This document shows positions 9,822-15,897 of a stretch of DNA of 32,000 bases, piece after piece. The stretch comes from Synechococcus sp. A15-28 (GTDB lineage Bacteria; Cyanobacteriota; Cyanobacteriia; PCC-6307; Cyanobiaceae), in assembly GCF_014280175.1 (NCBI RefSeq), contig NZ_CP047931.1:1890001-1922000 (forward strand), read 5' to 3'. The number at the start of each line of letters is the position of its first letter. The stretch's first letter is position 1. A program made the position numbers and the translations under genes. The notes under the pieces are model-generated. The model ran no database searches. It was not told the DNA's origin and saw only the letters and a program-made list of their open reading frames with translations.

Positions 9822-11048
9822 ATGGCGGTCGTCTCTCTGCCAGCAAGAGCTGCCATTCACCAAGTAGTTACAGCTCTGCGATCCGCAGATTCACTCCATC
9901 CCAACGGCGACACGGTTTTCCTCTCTTTTGCCGATGTTCCGTCGATCGACGTCTTGGCTTTCCTCGGTGCCTGGGGCCTGATGACTCGGAGCTCTGGCAC
10001 CACCATCAAACTGCGGGGAGAAGCCAAAACACTCGCGGCGCTTCAGCTGATGGGATTCCATCAGCTTCTCGATATTCCACCTTCAAGCACCAAAGCCAAC
10101 GTTCAACCTGCCAAGGCATCCACGGTTGGCATGCTGCCCCTCTCACCAATTGCCACGGAAGAACAGCAATACGAAGCCGTTGATGCCATCTGCGCTATCG
10201 CCCTGGCCGCCATCGACAACGCCGCCGCGTTCATCCCAGCCCTGGAATGGCTGGCCAACGAAATCCTCGGCAACATCCTTACCCACGCAGCATCAGAAAC
10301 ACCCGGCGTGGTCTGCGCTCAGTACCGCCCCAAGCAGCAACGCTTCGAGATCGGCATCTGCGACATGGGTCGGGGGCTGCTGGGATCCTTACAACCCGCG
10401 TTCCCAGAGGTACGTAGCTACGGCCAGGCAATTGACAAAGCGATCGAGCGCGGCGCGACTCGTGATCCCGCTATCGGTCAGGGCAATGGCATGGCCGGCT
10501 CCTTCGAGATCGTGCGCCTCAACGGCGGCACCTATCAGATCTGGACCGGTGATGTCGTCTACGAACTCAACAAAGGCAAGCGCCGCCCCGGTTTCCAGGC
10601 CATGCCGTCTGTCCTCGGGACAGGAGTGATGTTCTCGCTCGACACCAGCAAACCCGTTGATCTCGCCAGCACCTGGATCGCCTCCAATTCAGGGGTGGAA
10701 TGCCTCTTCCTCAATCTCCTCACGGAATCCGCCAGCGACAGCGGACTCGATGTCGCCGCTGAATGTCTCCACACCGGTGGGCGCGCCCCCGCCAAGCTGC
10801 TGCGCCGGAAAATCCAGGGGTTGCTGCCTGCCATGGAGGGCGAACCGCTGATCCTTGATTTCTCAGGTGTGAAATCAGCAGCCAGCAGCTTCCTCGATGA
10901 GCTGCTTGGTCGGCTCGCTGCAGAAGACCCGCGCGGGCAGGCGATCTTCGATGGAGCAGTGCGCATTCAAGGGATGAATCCCACTGTGCAAGCCATGGCC
11001 AATGTGGTGGTGGCGCAGCGGTTGAGGGGGTCGGTGCAAGCCCAATAA
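9822..11048 (+). CDS. GHKL (histidine-kinase-like / SpoIIAB-like) ATPase with a C-terminal STAS-like DUF4325-type domain and a possible N-terminal STAS-like domain
   Basis: 408-aa ORF whose ATG lies 1 nt after the methylase stop (TGAtATG). Bergerat-fold boxes are present: N box EWLANEILGNILTHA, G1 ICDMGRGLLG (nt ~10362-10380), G2 GQGNGMAGSF (nt ~10477-10500). The C-terminus LILDFSGVKSAASSFLDELLGRL matches my memory of DUF4325. The N-terminus (FLSFADVPSIDVLAFLGAW..LQLMGF) resembles an anti-sigma-antagonist/STAS fold. Confidence 0.8.
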   Translation: MAVVSLPARAAIHQVVTALRSADSLHPNGDTVFLSFADVPSIDVLAFLGAWGLMTRSSGTTIKLRGEAKTLAALQLMGFHQLLDIPPSSTKANVQPAKASTVGMLPLSPIATEEQQYEAVDAICAIALAAIDNAAAFIPALEWLANEILGNILTHAASETPGVVCAQYRPKQQRFEIGICDMGRGLLGSLQPAFPEVRSYGQAIDKAIERGATRDPAIGQGNGMAGSFEIVRLNGGTYQIWTGDVVYELNKGKRRPGFQAMPSVLGTGVMFSLDTSKPVDLASTWIASNSGVECLFLNLLTESASDSGLDVAAECLHTGGRAPAKLLRRKIQGLLPAMEGEPLILDFSGVKSAASSFLDELLGRLAAEDPRGQAIFDGAVRIQGMNPTVQAMANVVVAQRLRGSVQAQ

Positions 11049-11066
11049 ACCTTGCCCATTAGGGCA

Positions 11067-11393
11067 TCACTCCCCCGCCTGAATCTCACGCACCACCTCA
11101 TCGATCTGATCACTCAGATCAATCTCACCGTTCTGGCCAGCCAGCTCAGCAAAACAGCGCCCCTGTGGCAACAAACGGCTCTGCGCTGAACCCACCGCCG
11201 CGTTGAAGCTCTTGTTCAGGCGATTCAAATGGCTGCCGATGTCGTTGAACTTGTGGAGCAAGATCAAAAAGTCGACCAGAGCAAATCCGAAATTAAAGAG
11301 CCCTTCAGGAACACAACTCCACTCCAGATCCATTACACAAAGCATCAACAAAAGATGCCTGATCAAGGTAATAACAGGACCAGAAAGAGCCAA
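11067..11393 (-). CDS. Hypothetical small protein with a hydrophobic N-terminal half (possible membrane protein)
   Basis: 108-aa ORF starting 1 nt downstream of the stop of the 11395..11775 gene, so the two form a likely two-gene operon. Hydrophobic stretches are PVITLIRHLLLMLCVM and GLFNFGFALVDFLILL. I recognise no family. Confidence 0.45.
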   Translation of the reverse strand: MALSGPVITLIRHLLLMLCVMDLEWSCVPEGLFNFGFALVDFLILLHKFNDIGSHLNRLNKSFNAAVGSAQSRLLPQGRCFAELAGQNGEIDLSDQIDEVVREIQAGE

Positions 11394-11394
11394 A

Positions 11395-11775
11395 TCACTC
11401 CTCCTTGCGATTTTTTATAGGCAACCAATCCTCTGTGTAGGTGGTCTTCCACCTTGCTTTTCTCCACCTTGCCAACATGACCTCTCCCCCATACCTCTTG
11501 ATGAGGTCATGGAGCGTTATGCCACCAAGGTCACAACCATCAACGGGACAAGCAAGGATAAAGGTATCGCCTTTACGGGCATATCCCATAACCGCTTTGT
11601 GCTTCCCGCACCTTGGGCACACACACCTGTATGTTTCTTTCCCATTGAAGTTGTCTCTTCGTTTAATCCCATTCAATCTGTGAGACATCTCCAAAAAGAA
11701 TGGATACTCAATATGCAAATCTGTTCTGAACTTGTATCCCATAAGATTACTCCTATTGTTACTGATTGCTAACAT
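11395..11775 (-). CDS. Hypothetical zinc-ribbon protein (CHC2 primase-like Zn-finger pattern), phage/island-type
   Basis: 126-aa ORF in AT-rich DNA. The segment CVCPRCGKHKAVMGY..FILACPVDGCDLGGITLHDLI resembles the CPxH/C..CxxCxxxG pattern of primase-type zinc fingers. The competing plus-strand 189-aa ORF (11203..11772) has a non-protein-like composition. Confidence 0.55.
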   Translation of the reverse strand: MLAISNNRSNLMGYKFRTDLHIEYPFFLEMSHRLNGIKRRDNFNGKETYRCVCPRCGKHKAVMGYARKGDTFILACPVDGCDLGGITLHDLIKRYGGEVMLARWRKARWKTTYTEDWLPIKNRKEE

Positions 11776-11828
11776 TCAGCTGTATTTAACACCCAAACTC
11801 TTATAGATAGAGTGGGCATGTGATTTTT

Positions 11829-11885
11829 GGACTCTTAAAGAACTTAGAGGCCCTTAAGGGTCGCCATAAAGAGTCCCCTTAAAGG
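11829..11885. promoter_or_regulatory. Nested inverted repeats with three CTTAA(A/G)G copies in a divergent intergenic region; candidate operator
   Basis: GGACTCTT (11829-11836) pairs perfectly with AAGAGTCC (11869-11876). The perfect palindrome CCCTTAAGGG (11851-11860) lies inside that stem. CTTAAAG, CTTAAGG and CTTAAAG start at 11834, 11853 and 11878. Confidence 0.35.
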
Positions 11886-12009
11886 CCAAAAGACATAAAT
11901 ACAAAAAGAATGTCATTTAAAATGTAGATACCTTGTGCATCTAAGACGTATTCCAAAGAGAGGCACTACTGCCCTTGTTATCATCCATAGCAAATCTATT
12001 TACCAAATC

Positions 12010-12183
12010 ATGAGCATTAAGACACCAACTAAGCAAGATACTTTTACTATCTCCTACCAAAGACAAGAAGCAAAGAAGGTGATAGGAATGGAATATGAGT
12101 TAATGGAGCACTTTGGTTTTAACCGATCACAACTCCATAAGAACCTAGTCAGAGATGCCTACAGAAAAATGTCGATGCTTTGA
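12010..12183 (+). CDS. Hypothetical small protein, possibly ribbon-helix-helix (CopG/Arc-like)
   Basis: The track ORF is 11935..12183 (GTG start). I prefer the ATG at 12010, giving 57 aa. The pattern FTISYQ (beta-strand) followed by EAKKVIGMEYELMEHFGFNRSQLHKNLVRDAYRKM (two helices) is RHH-like. The assignment is weak. Confidence 0.4.
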   Translation: MSIKTPTKQDTFTISYQRQEAKKVIGMEYELMEHFGFNRSQLHKNLVRDAYRKMSML

Positions 12184-12213
12184 TCAAAATAATACCGAAG
12201 TCACGAACAACAA

Positions 12214-12519
12214 TCAGTAGAGTTGGATATGAATGATATGCAGCTGATCTTCTATACTGTTGTAATCCTGAATTTTTTGCATTAGAGGAATCATACTTTC
12301 CTCTTTTACATTCCACGTAGTTGTAACGCCGCCATTACTCCCCTGCCATTCAGCACCATCACCAAGACTTTTCATAATATCGTCAATATCATCCCTTTCA
12401 TCCAGAAAGATCTTTTGACGCTTCTCTTCGTCAGCAAAAACGGCAATTAAATCTTCGGTCTTGTTGTCATAATCACAATAAAGACAAAGGCAATAGGTCC
12501 TGGAATTCGTTTTAGACAT
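12214..12519 (-). CDS. Hypothetical acidic protein (island cargo)
   Basis: 101-aa ORF in AT-rich DNA, convergent with the 12010..12183 gene. I recognise no motif. Confidence 0.45.
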   Translation of the reverse strand: MSKTNSRTYCLCLYCDYDNKTEDLIAVFADEEKRQKIFLDERDDIDDIMKSLGDGAEWQGSNGGVTTTWNVKEESMIPLMQKIQDYNSIEDQLHIIHIQLY

Positions 12520-12850
12520 AATAAATAATTAGAAATACGCTTGGTATCGAAATTTACCGATTCAATCTCGAAAGAAACTTGCTAGAAATCAATTGCAGAC
12601 AAGAGCGCCCGAGGAGCGAAGGCTTAGAGGGCAAAAGGTATTTAGTTTGTATCAAGCGGAAGGATGAATCCTTTATTTCGATGAGTTGATTATAGCACTT
12701 TTTCACTAAAAGAGCAACATTCAAACCTTCATGCTTACCCATTGGCCTTCTTCCTACTTGTTAGTCCTGGGCAATGACTCCATAGCAATCCATCTATTCA
12801 GCGTTAAAAGAAGCACCCCTTATCCAGGTCAGTGAGGCGAAGGATAATGC

Positions 12851-13228
12851 TCAAGGCACCATCCAGTCGTCTTCTCCCATCTCAACGCCTGCAAGGAGTT
12901 CAGCCGCAGCAGCGATCTTTCCTTGATCACTGATCCAGTGAGCGGCAGCATCAAACTGCCGCTTGTTCATGCGCTCAAGACCTACCTCCCTGTGCAGATC
13001 GCTGAACTCTTGGGCACAACGCAGCATCAGGCATTTGAGCAGCAGGTAGTGGTCGTCAATGGAGGAGTCCTCGAATACCTCCCTCACGATCCCGTTGGCG
13101 ACTGAGCTGTAGTACTGCTTGGTCGTTTTTTTATATGCCTTTTTCTTAGCAGCAGACTTCTGTGCTTTACGAAGCAGGTGCTCCAGGTCCTTGTCGGATG
13201 GAACGAGGTTGTCGTCTGCACTTCTCAT
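12851..13228 (-). CDS. Hypothetical protein translationally coupled to the integrase (Lys-rich N-terminus)
   Basis: The track ORF is 12851..13285. The internal ATG at 13228-13226 overlaps the integrase stop (minus-strand ATGA, plus-strand TCAT at 13226-13230... tca 13228-13230), giving 125 aa that begin MRSADDNL. Confidence 0.5.
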   Translation of the reverse strand: MRSADDNLVPSDKDLEHLLRKAQKSAAKKKAYKKTTKQYYSSVANGIVREVFEDSSIDDHYLLLKCLMLRCAQEFSDLHREVGLERMNKRQFDAAAHWISDQGKIAAAAELLAGVEMGEDDWMVP

Positions 13229-14499
13229 CAGATGCACAACCCATACTGCTGGAGCAGTTCTCCCCACTGCTCTAGAAACTCCCAACGTTCATCGAGATAT
13301 TCAGCACCGTCATAGGCCTTGCCACAAGCACCTTTAGGCAGATGCCCCATCTGACGCTCAATCACCACCTCTCGTGCCTTGAGGACATCGACTCCATAGG
13401 TGCGGGCAACTCTTCTCCAGCCATGAGCTCGCTGTATTCCCCGGTAGCCAAGAGCAATGAGATAACTATTTGGAGCACCAGGATCGAGATGGGGACGTTG
13501 ACCCACCTGAATTTGGGGGAATACAAAAGTGCCTTTGCCATGCAACTGCTCCATCTGATCCAACAGAGACCGGATAGAAGCCGTCAACGGCACCACATGC
13601 TGAATGTCATCGCTTTTCCCCTTTCTGCGCTTCAACCCAGGTGTGTCGCCTGGAATTGCGATGACATCTGGGGTCACCCAGTCCCACTGCAGACGAGTCA
13701 AGCTGCCTGCACGCAAAAACGTCAAAAGCATCAACTTTGTTGCCGCAACCGTGGTGGCGTGGACGTTGGGACGATTTAAAGAGATGTCCTCAAGCAATTT
13801 GGGGACTTGATCCCACTCCACACAGGGATGATGCTTCGAGCTACTAGTTGGTGAGTCATCACCGACTAAACGAACGGCTGGATTCTCGCCACGACGCATC
13901 CAATCCCTGCCTTCAGCGAGATTGAAACACTGCTTTAAAAGGTTTTGACATCGACGAGCCAAATCCCCCTTACCATTCACTCCAATAACATCAATTGCAT
14001 CCATGACGATCTTCCTCCCACCATTGCTCCATTCAAGTGAACGAATGGGTGTTGACGGGGAGATGATGGTCACCACTTGTTCGAGCTTCAGACGATATTC
14101 CCTGACAGTTGCAGGCTTAATGGTGCGCTCTTTAAGCTCTAAAAACTTATCGACAACAAAAGAGAGTACTTTTTCCTCTTGAATTGACTGCTTTTGGATC
14201 TTCCAAAAGTCGCCAGGATCTCGGTCATTCTCAAGAGACCATTGCTTGATCTCGCTCCACTTCTGATGGGCAGATACAAGGGTGAATTGACCTGGTTTTT
14301 CTCCAAAAACGCCAATCTGGCACTCTTTCGAGACAGGCTTCGATTGGCCTGGAAGCCTCCGCTGCATCCTGCCAACAAAGTAAATACTCCCTTTGCTTGA
14401 GCGAGGGTCACGTACGGCAAGCAACCCATTGCCGCAGGCCCGCCGAGTCTTGTGATCCAGGAGAGATAACTCCTGGATCTGCTTCTTGGTTTTGATCAT
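13228..14499 (-). CDS. int: Tyrosine recombinase / phage integrase, P4-like, with an N-terminal DUF4102-type arm-binding domain
   Basis: 423 aa. The N-terminus GNGLLAVRDPRSSKGSIYFVGRMQ..FTLVSAHQKWSEIKQW fits the P4-integrase arm-binding domain. Catalytic residues are plausible: LTFLRAGSL (R), RAHGWRRVART (H-x-x-R), MGHL..KAYDG (H..Y). Confidence 0.88.
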   Translation of the reverse strand: MIKTKKQIQELSLLDHKTRRACGNGLLAVRDPRSSKGSIYFVGRMQRRLPGQSKPVSKECQIGVFGEKPGQFTLVSAHQKWSEIKQWSLENDRDPGDFWKIQKQSIQEEKVLSFVVDKFLELKERTIKPATVREYRLKLEQVVTIISPSTPIRSLEWSNGGRKIVMDAIDVIGVNGKGDLARRCQNLLKQCFNLAEGRDWMRRGENPAVRLVGDDSPTSSSKHHPCVEWDQVPKLLEDISLNRPNVHATTVAATKLMLLTFLRAGSLTRLQWDWVTPDVIAIPGDTPGLKRRKGKSDDIQHVVPLTASIRSLLDQMEQLHGKGTFVFPQIQVGQRPHLDPGAPNSYLIALGYRGIQRAHGWRRVARTYGVDVLKAREVVIERQMGHLPKGACGKAYDGAEYLDERWEFLEQWGELLQQYGLCI

Positions 14500-14511
14500 G
14501 AGACTTCTCCC

Positions 14512-14700
14512 TTACGCTACGCAAGAGAGACGCTTCAAATAATCGTCAATATCGTCAACAGCCCAACGCACCATCCGCGAACCAATCTTGAGAGGGCGAG
14601 GGAAATCCCCCGCATCCATGCTTCGATAAATCGTGGAGCGAGACATGGAGACCAGGACACTAACCTCTTTCAAGGTCAGCAACTTCTTGTTCAGATTCAT
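14512..14700 (-). CDS. AlpA-family helix-turn-helix regulator/excisionase
   Basis: The track ORF is 14512..14766. I place the start at the ATG at 14700, giving 62 aa (MNLNKKLLTLKEVSVLVSMSRSTIYRSMDAGDFPRPLKIGSRMVRWAVDDIDDYL), which is typical AlpA/HTH_17 length and pattern. The longer version would overlap the predicted -10 box. Confidence 0.8.
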   Translation of the reverse strand: MNLNKKLLTLKEVSVLVSMSRSTIYRSMDAGDFPRPLKIGSRMVRWAVDDIDDYLKRLSCVA

Positions 14701-14765
14701 AATTAGGACAAGTAAATATAAATTAGCCGGAAACTTTATTGCAATCGATCCGACATTTCTTCTCA

Positions 14766-14794
14766 ATTATATCAATATCTGTCAAAATATGCAA
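14766..14794 (-). promoter_or_regulatory. Near-consensus sigma70-type promoter for the alpA-int-orf125 operon
   Basis: The minus strand reads TTGCAT (14794-14789), a 17-nt spacer ending in TGA (an extended -10 TGn), then TATAAT (14771-14766). It sits about 66 nt upstream of the alpA ATG. Confidence 0.5.
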
Positions 14795-14850
14795 CGGACT
14801 TGATATCAAACAAGCCTTTGTTCTGGCGTGAATGAGAGTCATTTCGTGTA

Positions 14851-14872
14851 TGTGGGGGAATTTGTGGGGGAA
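14851..14872. repeat. Tandem direct repeat TGTGGGGGAA x2 (12-nt period) at the AT/GC boundary of the island
   Basis: TGTGGGGGAA occurs at 14851-14860 and 14863-14872, separated by TT. The second copy runs into the near-palindrome GGGGAAATCCCC (14867-14878). Confidence 0.6.
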
Positions 14873-14974
14873 ATCCCCTAGGAGCTGCTGGACTTGATGT
14901 CTTTCCTTCTCCTGCAGTGCCTCTGTGGATCAGTCGGAATCCCTCCCTCTCCGTTCCGGTCCAGATCCGCGGTT

Positions 14975-15880
14975 TCAGCTCTCTTCGGAAGGCATGAAAT
15001 CGCCCAGGGCCCGTGCCAGATCCGGCAAGAGCTGTTCATCCTGAGCGCGGTCACTGCCACTGCCGAAGGCCACGACCATCGTGGGGGGAGCATCCGGCAG
15101 CTGCCACCAGGCAGCGTCATGGCGAGCCTGACTCATCCAACCCGCCTTACTCCAGAGACGGCTCGCTGCAGGTAGGCCTTCCCCGAGAAATCCATCCACC
15201 TGGTTCTCCGGGTCGGCGCGTCGTTGATCGGGATCCAGGGAACGACTGAGCAGGTCCCGCAAGCGCCGGCAGGCGGGTGGTGACACCACAGCGCCGGTCA
15301 TCACCGCTTCCAACATCCGGGCCGTGGACGCGGTGCTCAGCGCATTGCGATTGCCATTGTCTGCGCCATAGAACCGTTTTTCCCGGCCGTAGGGCCCATC
15401 CCCCCAGGTCTTCTGGCAGCAGTTCACGCCATCGAGCTCCGGCCATTCCAGGGTGGCCAGCCAGTCATTCACCAGCCGTCTCTGGCGCTGCCACAGCTCC
15501 CAGCGATCCCCATGCAGCTCGGGACCACTGGTGGTGCCGGTGAGCAGATCCACCACCAATCCCGTGGCGTCATTGCTCGACTCAGCGATCATGTCGCGCA
15601 TCGCGCGCTTGAGTTCGTCGCTGTCGGGGATGAGATCCCGCTGCTGCCAACGCTCGACGGCCACCGCATAGATCAACTTCACCACGCTGGCGGGGTAAAC
15701 CCAGCGCTCCTGATTCCAGGAGGCACCGCGGCCCTCACCAGCCTGGGGGCTGACGTCGTCGTAGCGCACCCAGGTCATGGAGAGGCTGTTGCGCAACCCG
15801 GGACGACCTGCCGCATCCATCCGGTCGAGCACCGACTCCAGATGGGAAGCCATGGCGGAATCGGGACGGTAGAACGCCAT
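14975..15880 (-). CDS. Serine hydrolase with beta-lactamase class A-like fold
   Basis: 301 aa. Motifs are SxxK (ASVVK), SxN (ESSNDATG) and K-A-G (SKAGW). The start could instead be the ATG at 15853 (MASHLESV). Confidence 0.7.
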   Translation of the reverse strand: MAFYRPDSAMASHLESVLDRMDAAGRPGLRNSLSMTWVRYDDVSPQAGEGRGASWNQERWVYPASVVKLIYAVAVERWQQRDLIPDSDELKRAMRDMIAESSNDATGLVVDLLTGTTSGPELHGDRWELWQRQRRLVNDWLATLEWPELDGVNCCQKTWGDGPYGREKRFYGADNGNRNALSTASTARMLEAVMTGAVVSPPACRRLRDLLSRSLDPDQRRADPENQVDGFLGEGLPAASRLWSKAGWMSQARHDAAWWQLPDAPPTMVVAFGSGSDRAQDEQLLPDLARALGDFMPSEES

Positions 15881-15897
15881 GACGACAGCGACGAGCC

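Larger units (their letters stand above)
11049..14874. mobile_element. AT-rich integrase-bearing module (the integration end of a genomic island) with P4-type integrase, AlpA-like regulator and small orphan ORFs
   Basis: Composition differs sharply from both flanks. Hand counts of single 60-nt lines give 12241-12300 = 20/60 G+C versus 10201-10260 = 42/60 G+C. The segment contains a tyrosine recombinase and an AlpA-family gene. The right edge coincides with a return to high GC at ~14875. The island may extend left to include the defence operon, and the left att site is not identified. Confidence 0.55.

Noticed and set aside
11053-11066. A small hairpin, TGCCC-ATTA-GGGCA, between the convergent stops of the GHKL gene and the 108-aa ORF
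   Set aside because: The stem is only 5 bp and there is no U-tract on either strand, so the evidence is too weak for a terminator call.
11203-11772. A plus-strand 189-aa ORF spanning both small minus-strand genes
   Set aside because: Its composition is not protein-like (Ser/Pro/Lys/Ile-rich with no motifs). The minus-strand alternative contains a clear Zn-ribbon pattern and a tight two-gene arrangement.
12554-12742. A 62-aa minus-strand ORF in the 330-nt non-coding stretch 12520-12850, plus a distant 8-nt inverted repeat (ATCGAAAT at ~12546 and ATTTCGAT at ~12675)
   Set aside because: Nothing supports coding: there are no motifs and the start context is poor. The inverted repeat is short and its arms are about 120 nt apart. 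The region is probably promoter or terminator space, though a small RNA cannot be excluded without expression data.
14767-14974. A search for an intact tRNA or tmRNA next to the integrase, on both strands
   Set aside because: I could not assemble an acceptor stem, D-arm, anticodon arm and T-arm together. Only a 3'-end-like fragment is present, and it is reported separately as a low-confidence finding.
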